From assembly GCA_963720325.1 (NCBI GenBank), contig CAVRFE010000002.1, positions 38,612-62,611 on the forward strand: a DNA stretch of 24,000 nucleotides, in the 5' to 3' direction. The translations under genes were made by a program, and so were the position numbers. Below, piece after piece: positions 15,382 through 23,054 of the stretch. The DNA is from an uncultured Actinomycetota bacterium (lineage in GTDB: Bacteria; Actinomycetota; Actinomycetes; Propionibacteriales; Actinopolymorphaceae). Below the pieces are notes generated by a model that worked only from the letters and a program-made list of their open reading frames with translations, did not search any database and was not told where the DNA came from. Each line of letters opens with the position of its first letter. Positions within the stretch are counted from its first letter, which is position 1.

Positions 15382-16373
15382 CGGAGGCGACACATAGGCT
15401 GCTCGCGATCCGGGCCGAGGAAGACGTCGGGGCACTTCGCCGGGCCGTCGGGCAGCTGGCCGAGGACATACCGACGATCCGCCGTGGCGACGCCGACCTT
15501 GCTGCGACCGAGTTGGCGACCAACCTCATCCGGCACGCGACCGCCGGCGGCTACGTCCTGTACCGCAGGGACGGCAACGCGGTCGAGCTGATCTCGGTCG
15601 ACCGCGGACCCGGCCTGAGTTCGGGGGACCTGCCGCGGCCGAAGGCCACACCCCCGGGCCTGGGCGCCGGTCTTGCCACCATCGAGCGGCTCGCTTCGGT
15701 CTTCGACTGCTACTCGACGAAGGACGGGACGGTGATCCTCGCGCGGCTTGGGACACCGCGTCCGGACCTGCCGGGGTCGTGGCGGAGCGGATCCCTGAAC
15801 GTGCCGCGGGGTGGCGATGGCGAGTCCGGTGACGGATCCGCGCTCGCCGCCGACCACCGTGCGGCGGCCGTCCTCGTCGACGGGTTGGGCCATGGGCCGG
15901 CGGCTGCGGCGGCCTCGCGCGCGGCGCTCTCGGAGTTCGACGAACGGGCCGCATCGGATCCCGTCGACTTCGTGCGGCGGGCCCACGCGGCGATGCGGAC
16001 GACCCGAGGCGGCGTGCTCGGCCTGTGCGTCATCGACCAGGCTCGGAACGAGGTGTCCTACGTCGGGGTCGGCAACATCGTCGGCAAGGTGATCATGCGC
16101 GACAGCCGCTACCGCCTGCTCGGGCGGGACGGGGTCCTCGGTACCGAGCTCGCGCCACCTCATCCCGACGCGGGCACCGGCCGCTGGGGCCCAGGAGCCA
16201 CGCTCGTGCTCACCTCCGACGGGGTCAACTCGATGTGGGACCCGGCGACGTACCCCGGACTCCTGGACCACGATCCCGTCGTGTTCGCCGCCGTCCTCCA
16301 CCGTGATCACGGTGAGCCCGCCGACGACTCGTCCGTGCTGGTCGTCCGCGACACGAGGGGTGCCGTCGGGTGA
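15378..16373 (+). CDS. Fusion of an RsbT/RsbW-like HATPase_c module to a PP2C (SpoIIE/RsbX-like) phosphatase
   Basis: ATGA overlaps the rsbT-like stop at 15378-15381. The N-terminal half carries ATELATNLIRHA, DRGPGL and GLGAGLATIERL. The C-terminal half carries GESGDG..., VLVDGLGHGPAAAAAS, LTSDGV and DDSSVLVVRD. Confidence 0.8.
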   Translation: MTEATHRLLAIRAEEDVGALRRAVGQLAEDIPTIRRGDADLAATELATNLIRHATAGGYVLYRRDGNAVELISVDRGPGLSSGDLPRPKATPPGLGAGLATIERLASVFDCYSTKDGTVILARLGTPRPDLPGSWRSGSLNVPRGGDGESGDGSALAADHRAAAVLVDGLGHGPAAAAASRAALSEFDERAASDPVDFVRRAHAAMRTTRGGVLGLCVIDQARNEVSYVGVGNIVGKVIMRDSRYRLLGRDGVLGTELAPPHPDAGTGRWGPGATLVLTSDGVNSMWDPATYPGLLDHDPVVFAAVLHRDHGEPADDSSVLVVRDTRGAVG

Positions 16374-17638
16374 GCGGGCGGCGACGACCACAACGACAGG
16401 ACGGGTCAGCCGACAAACCCGCCCCGGCCAGACCGGCACCCGCGGACAAGACCGCGGGTGCGGACAAGACCGCGAGTGCGGACAAGACGGCGGCGGCGGA
16501 AAGACGCGCGGCGGCTGCCTCGACACGGCAGCGCAAGGACCAGGAACTCCAGGCCAAGGACCGCCAGATCGCCGAACTCCATCGCGAGTTCGAGGAGACC
16601 AACCGTGGCCTGATCGCGCTGCACGCCGAACTCGACGACGCCCGACAGGCCGAGGCCCGCCTCGCGGCGATCGTCCAGTCGTCGAACGACGCGATGTTCT
16701 CGATGACGCCGCAGAAGGTCATCCAGACCTGGAACGCCGGAGCGGAAGGCCTGCTCGGGTACTCCGCGGCTCAGATCGTCGGCCGCCCGATCGAGGTTCT
16801 GGTCGCGGGTGAGTCGCCGCCACAGTTCGACTCGGTACTGGAACGGATCCGTGCCGGTGAGCGCGCCGAGTCCTACGACACCCGCTGGCGGCGTGGCGAC
16901 GGATCGCTGACCGACGTGGTGGTCCGGGTGGCGGCGATGTGGGACGCGTCGGGTGCGCTGCTCGGCTTCTCCGTGGTGGCCAGCGACATCACCAATCGCC
17001 TACGTACGCAGGCGGAGTTGGCCGCGGCTCGCGCCGACTTCGAGGTGTCGGAGGACCGGGACCGCATTGCGCGGGACCTGCAGGACATGGTGATCCAGCG
17101 CGTCTTCCGGGCCGGTATGGCACTGGAGGGCATCGCCAGCCTGCTCAACCGTCCGGAGGCGGTCCTGCAGGTGGAGGCGGTGGTCGGCGAGTTGGACCTG
17201 ACGATCCAGGAGCTTCGGACGACCATCTTCGCCTTGCACGGCCGTCCGCAGAAGTCGGCGAGCCTGCGGGCGCAGCTGCTGGAGGCCGCGAGTGCGGCAC
17301 ATCCCGGTCTGGGCTTCGCTCCCGACGTGAGGTTCGACGGTCCGGTAGACGCCGCGGTCCCTGACGACGTCGCCCTTCGCGTGGTCGCCGTGGTCGAGGA
17401 AGCCCTGTCCAACATCGCCCGACACTCGCACGCGTCCACGACAGAGGTGTCGGTTCGCGCGGCTGAAGAGTTGGTGCTGACGGTCATGGACAACGGCGAG
17501 GACATGGACCGGGAAGCGATCGCCAGTGGACTGCGGAGCATCCGGGACCACGTGCATGCCCTCGGCGGGGCGTTCGAGGTGGTGAGCCAGTCCGACGGCG
17601 GTACCCGGATCGAGGCCCGGCTGCCCCTGTCGAGGTGA
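16370..17638 (+). CDS. PAS + HisKA_3-like + HATPase_c protein (DevS/NarX-type kinase core) lacking the phospho-acceptor His; probable pseudo-histidine kinase
   Basis: GTGA overlaps the upstream stop at 16370-16373. The N-terminus holds ADK-rich repeats and a coiled coil (ELQAKDRQIAELHREFEETNRGLIALHAELDD). The PAS region reads IVQSSNDAMFSM...WNAGAEGLLGYSAAQIVGRPI. The H-box reads DRIARDLQDMVIQRVF (Q where H is expected). N-box is EEALSNIARHS and G1 is DNGED. Confidence 0.8.
   Translation: MSGRRRPQRQDGSADKPAPARPAPADKTAGADKTASADKTAAAERRAAAASTRQRKDQELQAKDRQIAELHREFEETNRGLIALHAELDDARQAEARLAAIVQSSNDAMFSMTPQKVIQTWNAGAEGLLGYSAAQIVGRPIEVLVAGESPPQFDSVLERIRAGERAESYDTRWRRGDGSLTDVVVRVAAMWDASGALLGFSVVASDITNRLRTQAELAAARADFEVSEDRDRIARDLQDMVIQRVFRAGMALEGIASLLNRPEAVLQVEAVVGELDLTIQELRTTIFALHGRPQKSASLRAQLLEAASAAHPGLGFAPDVRFDGPVDAAVPDDVALRVVAVVEEALSNIARHSHASTTEVSVRAAEELVLTVMDNGEDMDREAIASGLRSIRDHVHALGGAFEVVSQSDGGTRIEARLPLSR
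16442..16495 (+). repeat. In-frame 18-nt tandem repeat x3 (GCGGACAAGACCGCGGGT and variants) encoding ADKTAG/ADKTAS/ADKTAA
   Basis: Units at 16442-16459, 16460-16477 and 16478-16495. A more diverged ADKPAP unit precedes them. Confidence 0.85.
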
Positions 17639-17648
17639 CATGTGTGGA

Positions 17649-17676
17649 GGTATCCCGGCAGCTTCGCCGGGATACC
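17649..17676. terminator. Hairpin 1 between convergent operons
   Basis: GGTATCCCGGC (17649-59), loop AGCTTC, then GCCGGGATACC (17666-76). The 11-bp stem is perfect and begins 11 nt after the TGA at 17638. Confidence 0.55.
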
Positions 17677-17681
17677 CCCGA

Positions 17682-17709
17682 CAGGTCGGCCGGGGACGTG
17701 GCCGACCTG
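17682..17709. terminator. Hairpin 2 between convergent operons
   Basis: CAGGTCGGCC (17682-91), loop GGGGACGT, then GGCCGACCTG (17700-09). The 10-bp stem is perfect and ends 13 nt before the monooxygenase stop at 17722. Confidence 0.55.
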
Positions 17710-17721
17710 GTCCGTAGAACC

Positions 17722-18993
17722 TCAGGCGGCCGCCGCGCGGCTGGCGATGTGCTCCACGATGTGGGCGGCATCATCGCCGACGCCGGCGAAGACCGACGAC
17801 GGTTCGGAGTGCAGCCAGGGCAGCCCGATCGCGTAGAGCCCGGGGTGGATCGTCACGCCGCGCTCGTGCCGCGGGTACCCCCACTCGTCGAACACCGGCA
17901 GGTCGACCCAACCGAAGTCGAGCTGGTAGCCGGTCGCCCACACGACCGAGCGGATCCCGGCGGCGTCGAGGTCGAGATCGGTGACGGTGGGCGGCGTGAA
18001 CGTGTCGTACCGCCGATCGTCCAGTGGCGCGTCGATGCCCGCGGCCTCGATGTACGCGTCGAACAGCGGCTTGAACTCCTGGTCGAACCCTGACTCAGCG
18101 AACGCCAACCGCTCGGCGAGATCGGCACTGAACTGCACCCGGGCGCCGTCTGCTGCCTCCAACCTCCCGTACAGATGAACGCCGTCCCGGGCGAACCGGC
18201 GCAGGCTGAGGTCGTGGCCACCATCCTTGCCGGACACGTGCGGGTCGCACCCGAACCGCGCCGCCGGCGACGGCAGGTCGGCGACCGTCGGGAAGTGGAT
18301 GCCCACCTCGGCACCGTGCACGACCGTCTGCATCAGCCAGTAGATGAGGTCCTTTCCGCGGTAGCGGCGTGGCGCGGCCGGACACATCCCGACCGCGAGG
18401 TGCACGTCACGCCCCGACTGGTACAGCTCCTCGGCGATCTGCGCACCGGACTGGCCGGTGCCGACGACGAGGACGCCACCCTCGACGAGTTGGGACGGTC
18501 GCCGGTAGTCGCTGGAGTGCAGCTGGTTGATGTGGTCGGGCAGCTGGTCAGCCGGAGACGGGATCTTCGGCTTCTGGTAGGCGCCGGTCGCGAGCACGAC
18601 GTTGCGCGCCACGTAGGTCTGCCCCTGGTCTGTGTGCGCCTCGAGCCGGCCGACGGACGAGGCCAGCCTGCGGACGCTGGTGCCGAGCCGCACCGGGGCA
18701 TCGAAGGAACCGGCGTACTCCTGGACGTACTTCACCACGTCGTCACGGGCCATGAACCCGTCGGGATCGGGTCCGTCGTACTCCATGCCGGGCAGCCGGA
18801 GGTGGAAGTTGGGTGCGACCAGCGTCAGGCTGTCCCACCGGTCCTGCCAGCTGCCGCCGAGTTGGTTGCGGCGTTCGAGGACGAGGTGGTCGACGCCTGC
18901 CTTGGTGAGCCAGTAGCTCGTCGCCAGTCCGGCCTGTCCGCCACCGATCACCAGGGTGTCGACGATCTCGCGGCCATCTTCAGTTGTGCTCAT
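17722..18993 (-). CDS. FAD/NAD(P)-dependent flavin monooxygenase-type oxidoreductase (COG2072-like)
   Basis: The FAD motif is LVIGGGQAGLA and the second dinucleotide motif is VLVVGTGQSGAQIAEEL; also ATGY. The ATG at 18993 overlaps the upstream stop (ATGA). Confidence 0.8.
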   Translation of the reverse strand: MSTTEDGREIVDTLVIGGGQAGLATSYWLTKAGVDHLVLERRNQLGGSWQDRWDSLTLVAPNFHLRLPGMEYDGPDPDGFMARDDVVKYVQEYAGSFDAPVRLGTSVRRLASSVGRLEAHTDQGQTYVARNVVLATGAYQKPKIPSPADQLPDHINQLHSSDYRRPSQLVEGGVLVVGTGQSGAQIAEELYQSGRDVHLAVGMCPAAPRRYRGKDLIYWLMQTVVHGAEVGIHFPTVADLPSPAARFGCDPHVSGKDGGHDLSLRRFARDGVHLYGRLEAADGARVQFSADLAERLAFAESGFDQEFKPLFDAYIEAAGIDAPLDDRRYDTFTPPTVTDLDLDAAGIRSVVWATGYQLDFGWVDLPVFDEWGYPRHERGVTIHPGLYAIGLPWLHSEPSSVFAGVGDDAAHIVEHIASRAAAA

Positions 18994-19907
18994 CGTGCGG
19001 TCCTTTCCTGACCAGTGCGGTCGAGAGCAGTCCGCAGTGTGCGGACGAACGCGTCGGGCGCTTCCATGGGCGGGTCGTCGCCGCAGTCCTCGATCACGTA
19101 CAACGGCCAGGCATGCCGGGCGCTCGCGGCCTCGGCGATCGTCAGCGGCGTAGCGAGGTCGTGCCGGCCCCAGATGAGCGCGGTCGGGGTGGTGATGCGG
19201 ACCAGCCCGTCCGCCGGTATCGGCGGTCCACCCATCTCGGCCATCAGGACCTCGAGCGACGCCTGGACGCTCGGCGTCTGGATCCGCTCGACGTTGTACG
19301 CCTGGAACGCCGGCCAGTGCGCACCCATGTCGCCGCGCAGCCGGTCGAGGTCGGACGCGCAGTGCTGCCAGAGCCGGTCGTGGGTGTCGTCGTTGGGCCG
19401 GCCGAGGAACTCGTGCAGCGCGAAACCGAACTGGGGCGCAGGATCGAACGGCACCAGGCCGAGCGAGTCGACCAGGACCACACCGGCAAGCGTGCCGTCG
19501 GGAACGCTGCTGGCGAAGCGGGCGGCGATCGCGCCGCCGAGGGCGAAGCCGACCAGGACGGGTGGAGCGGCACAGGTCTGCTCGACGAGTTCGCCGAGCC
19601 AGGTCAGGACTCGGTCGCCGGTCAGGTCCGCTTCGGTGAGGTGCGATTCACCCTGGCCGGGCAGGTCCGGTACGACGACTCGATGGGTCGTCACCAGATC
19701 GGGGATCACCCGCATCCAGTGGGTGGCGTTTCCGCCCGGGCCGTGCAGGAGGATCATCGGTGCGCCGGCGCCGCCTTCCAGAACGGCGGTCGAGACGCCC
19801 GCGAGCTGGAGACGGCGCTGGGTGACCGGCAGGCCGGCCAGCAGTTGGTCGCGGGCTCCGACTGTTGGCGGGGCCTCAGGTGTCGACGTGTCGATCGGAC
19901 TCATCAT
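18990..19907 (-). CDS. Alpha/beta-hydrolase-fold protein (meta-cleavage-product hydrolase-like) with substituted catalytic Ser and His
   Basis: AGGAG lies upstream of ATGATG 19907/19904. The oxyanion region is LLHGPGGNATHW. The nucleophile elbow reads LVGFALGGA (Ala codon GCC at 19542-19544). The C-terminal motif reads IEDCGDDPPMEAPDAF (Asp codon GAC at 19077-19079 where His is expected). Confidence 0.8.
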   Translation of the reverse strand: MMSPIDTSTPEAPPTVGARDQLLAGLPVTQRRLQLAGVSTAVLEGGAGAPMILLHGPGGNATHWMRVIPDLVTTHRVVVPDLPGQGESHLTEADLTGDRVLTWLGELVEQTCAAPPVLVGFALGGAIAARFASSVPDGTLAGVVLVDSLGLVPFDPAPQFGFALHEFLGRPNDDTHDRLWQHCASDLDRLRGDMGAHWPAFQAYNVERIQTPSVQASLEVLMAEMGGPPIPADGLVRITTPTALIWGRHDLATPLTIAEAASARHAWPLYVIEDCGDDPPMEAPDAFVRTLRTALDRTGQERTAR

Positions 19908-20056
19908 CGGGTGCTCCTGGTGGTTCTGTTGGTACCTGCGACGCTAAGGAGTACGTCGACCTCGGCGCGTCGGGAGAAACACGCACATCGCCGGGCAGCG
20001 GCGGCATGGGTATTTCTGTGTAGCTTGCGCGAACCACCCGAGTCGGCCGGGGCGGG

Positions 20057-21709
20057 TTAGACCAGACCGTTCTCGTACGCGTAGGCAGTCGCGGCGGCGC
20101 GGGAGGAAAGTCCGAGTTTGGTGAAGATGTTGCTGATGTGTCGCGCCACGGTCTTCTCGCTGAGGAACAGGTCGGCGGCGATGGCGCGGTTGCTCTTGCC
20201 GGCGGCAACGAGGCGGATCACCTGCACCTCGCGCGCTGTCAACCCGCGCTTGGCACCGGCGTCCGGGCCGAGCTGGGTCAGCGACTCGACGCGGGCGAGG
20301 TCGGGTCCTGCTTCGAGCTGACCGAAGACCAGCCGGGCGGCGTCGAGTTCCATCTCGGCGGTGTCGGTGTCGCGGAGTTGGCGGCACGCCAGGGCTACCA
20401 GGACCCTCGCCCTGGCCGCCTCGTACGGCGCGTCCAGCCCGTGCCAGACCCTCCAGGCGTGCCGTAACGGTGCGAGCGCCGACGTGGCGTCGCCTTCGGC
20501 GAGCAGCACCGCGCCGGCGGCGTGGTCGGCCATCGCCTGGACCGGCGGGGCGCCCAACCCCGCTGCGATCCTGGCCAGTCCGTCGGCGGCGCCGCGGGCC
20601 TGCGGTACGTCATCGTTGGCCAGACTGATCTCCACGTACGCCGACAGCAGCCTGGCGCGCAGGACCCCTTCCGGGGCCTCCTCCAACGCTCGCCGGAGCG
20701 CCGCCTCGGCCGCCTCGAGCTGGCCCTGCGCGAGTCGCAGCAGCGCCAGTCCCGGTTGCGGCTGTCGTCCGTACTGGCTGGCCTGCCGGTAGTCGTGTTC
20801 GGCCGCGGCGAAGTCTCCGCGCAACCGGTGCAGCTCGCCCTGCTGGTAGAGCGCGTCCGCGACGGCCGGCTGACCGGGTGGGTGGGACAGCAAGGTGTAG
20901 GCGCGTTGGGCGGCGTCGACCGCGCCGTGCCACTCGCCGTGCAGCTGCAGGATCTCCGAACGGTGTACGAGGCACGCACCCCGGTAGGGAACCAGGTCGG
21001 GCTGGGAGAGGCACCAGTTGTTCAGTGCCGCGGTCCACTCCCGCGCCCGGCTCAGGTCGAAGGTCTCCTGGCAGGCCCGAATCACCGCGCAGTAGACGAT
21101 TCCGACCACGATCGGGGACAGGTCGCCGGCCGTGGCGGCCACCATCACCTCGTCCAGGAGCTCGCGTCCGCCGGTGATGTCGCCACGCTCGATCAGCGCC
21201 TGTCCGCGCCCTAGCCGGCCGAACGCCAACAGGTCGGCGTCGCCGAACCGGGTACCGATGGCAACCGTCTCATCGAACAGCGCGTCGCTGCTGTCGGCGT
21301 TCTCGTCGAGCCGCACCAGCGCCTCGGGCACTATCAGGTAGCCGCGTTCAACGCAGTCTCGTCCGCACTCGTCCAGCACCCGGCGCGCTCGGGCCAGCCA
21401 GCCGCCGCTGCGCGCCATCTCGCCGCGCAGCAGCAGCAGGAGTGCCAACCAGAACCCGCAGCGTGCCGCGCGCGCGGGCTGGTCCAGGCCGACGAAGAGG
21501 TGATGGGCGCGTGCCCACAGGTCGAAGCTCTCGGCGTCCTTGCCGACCAGGTAGGCGGTCACCGCCAGCCGCTCGACGTCGGCAGCCGGCAGCGGTGACG
21601 CCTCGTCCGCGGCCACCAGCTGGGTGTACGCGGCACCCCACGCCTGCCGGTCGAAGGAGTTCCGCCCACGTTCGAGCGTGTCGGAACCATCGGCAGGTGC
21701 TGCGGTCAT
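20057..21709 (-). CDS. LuxR-family transcriptional regulator with a large N-terminal TPR-like helical domain (no ATPase module)
   Basis: The C-terminal HTH reads [51 protein letters not shown]. About 480 aa of helical repeats lie upstream of it. Confidence 0.85.
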   Translation of the reverse strand: MTAAPADGSDTLERGRNSFDRQAWGAAYTQLVAADEASPLPAADVERLAVTAYLVGKDAESFDLWARAHHLFVGLDQPARAARCGFWLALLLLLRGEMARSGGWLARARRVLDECGRDCVERGYLIVPEALVRLDENADSSDALFDETVAIGTRFGDADLLAFGRLGRGQALIERGDITGGRELLDEVMVAATAGDLSPIVVGIVYCAVIRACQETFDLSRAREWTAALNNWCLSQPDLVPYRGACLVHRSEILQLHGEWHGAVDAAQRAYTLLSHPPGQPAVADALYQQGELHRLRGDFAAAEHDYRQASQYGRQPQPGLALLRLAQGQLEAAEAALRRALEEAPEGVLRARLLSAYVEISLANDDVPQARGAADGLARIAAGLGAPPVQAMADHAAGAVLLAEGDATSALAPLRHAWRVWHGLDAPYEAARARVLVALACRQLRDTDTAEMELDAARLVFGQLEAGPDLARVESLTQLGPDAGAKRGLTAREVQVIRLVAAGKSNRAIAADLFLSEKTVARHISNIFTKLGLSSRAAATAYAYENGLV

Positions 21710-21772
21710 ACAGCGGAAACTACCTCGACAACTGCAGGTGCGGGCAAAGACGCGAGCACCGGCCGGCTGCCG

Positions 21773-22102
21773 TCAGCCTGGGTGCACCGTGACGAGTTTT
21801 TCGAACACGAACTCGTGCTTGAGGAAGGAGACGTCGTACTCGTGACCCGGATACGGCGGCATGAGCGGCGCGCACTGGATCAGCCGCCAGCCGTCCTGCA
21901 GTGCCGCGACCCCGGTCTCGTACGGCGGCTCGTCGCTGTCGCCCGTCGTCGGAGTGGTCCGGGCGGTCCCGTCGTAGGACGACCAGCCGACGACACCGCC
22001 GTCGAGTGCGGAGGTGTTGAGGTAGAGGACGAGGACCTGCTGGCGGACGACCAGACCGGTCCCGGCGTCGGTTGCTCGCGCGCTTTGCGTGTCGGTGCTC
22101 AT
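21773..22102 (-). CDS. Small hypothetical protein (109 aa), translationally coupled to the PhyH-family gene
   Basis: An ATGA overlap at 22099-22102 couples it to the upstream gene. GC3 is high throughout. I recognised no domain. Confidence 0.6.
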   Translation of the reverse strand: MSTDTQSARATDAGTGLVVRQQVLVLYLNTSALDGGVVGWSSYDGTARTTPTTGDSDEPPYETGVAALQDGWRLIQCAPLMPPYPGHEYDVSFLKHEFVFEKLVTVHPG

Positions 22103-22983
22103 GGGGTCACCCTTCGCTGCGTGGCGGCCGTGACGACCCGCCGCGGACGGTTGCTCACGCGGGTGGCCCAGTAGTCGAGGTCGAAGGTGTCGTCACCGGT
22201 CAGAGCCCGCCACATCATGATCCGGTTGTAGAACTCCAGGCGCGCGGTGGCGTTCTCGTACCACGGGAAGCGGGTGCGCAGCTCGTCGATCACTGCCGGG
22301 TCGGCCAGGTCGTCGGTGTTCCACAGCCGGATCTGCCGCACGGTCGGGTTGAACCTGATCTTGAACATGTAGCGCTTGATGTCGCTGTCGTTGCGCCGGC
22401 CGCCGTGCCAGATGCCGTGGTGGACGATCACGACGGTGCCGGCGGGACACACGAGACGGTTCTGGCCGCGGAGGTTCTGGTAGCGCCCCGTGTCGGTCTC
22501 GTTGATCCGCCGCAGGTGGCTGCCCGGGACGCTCAGGGTGCCGCCCATCTCGAGGGTCACGTCCTGCGGGTAGTACATGAGCTGGACGTCGAACGCGTCC
22601 GTGCGTACGTCGATGATCGCGTCGCCATGCAGGTGCTGGGCCTGGCCCTGGTGCGGCTGGCGGATGTGGACCGCGTGGTGGTCGATGGTCGGATCTGGAC
22701 CGACCAGGCTGTGCAGGGCGCCGGCGATGTCGGGCAGTTCGACGAGGCGACGGGCGAAGGAACCCTCGGGATATGTCTCCTCGACGGGGGTCCCGTAGGG
22801 CGCGGCCGGGATGCCGGCCTCGAAGACGTCGATCGCCTGCGCGTTCATCTCGTCGGGGACAACCGCGTCCATGCGGACCAGCCCGTGCGCGACGAAGCGG
22901 GCCATCTGGACCGATGTCAGCAGGTGCTTCCGGGCAGGGTGGCGGGGGTCTGCGGATCCCCTCTCCACGAGATACTGGCTCAT
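22099..22983 (-). CDS. Phytanoyl-CoA dioxygenase (PhyH) family Fe(II)/2-oxoglutarate-dependent oxygenase
   Basis: The facial-triad candidates are HGD within QHLHGDAIID and the distal His in VVIVHHGIWHGG; also RYMFKIRF. The start is ATG 22983; the ORF track gives GTG 22992. Confidence 0.8.
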   Translation of the reverse strand: MSQYLVERGSADPRHPARKHLLTSVQMARFVAHGLVRMDAVVPDEMNAQAIDVFEAGIPAAPYGTPVEETYPEGSFARRLVELPDIAGALHSLVGPDPTIDHHAVHIRQPHQGQAQHLHGDAIIDVRTDAFDVQLMYYPQDVTLEMGGTLSVPGSHLRRINETDTGRYQNLRGQNRLVCPAGTVVIVHHGIWHGGRRNDSDIKRYMFKIRFNPTVRQIRLWNTDDLADPAVIDELRTRFPWYENATARLEFYNRIMMWRALTGDDTFDLDYWATRVSNRPRRVVTAATQRRVTP

Positions 22984-22997
22984 ACCCACCACGCTAG

Positions 22998-23031
22998 GTT
23001 GGGGTGCCCAACGAATGCGTGGGTTGCATTC
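22998..23031. promoter_or_regulatory. Two adjacent short palindromes in the PhyH/AraC divergent spacer (candidate operators)
   Basis: GTTGGG-gtg-CCCAAC (22998-23012) and GAATGC-gtgggtt-GCATTC (23013-23031). Confidence 0.3.
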
Positions 23032-23054
23032 ACCAATACTGGTAGTTTTTCACC

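Noticed and set aside
19908-20056. Promoter or regulatory signal, or a small gene, between the LuxR stop and the alpha/beta-fold gene start
   Set aside because: I found no convincing -35/-10 pair, palindrome or ORF by eye.
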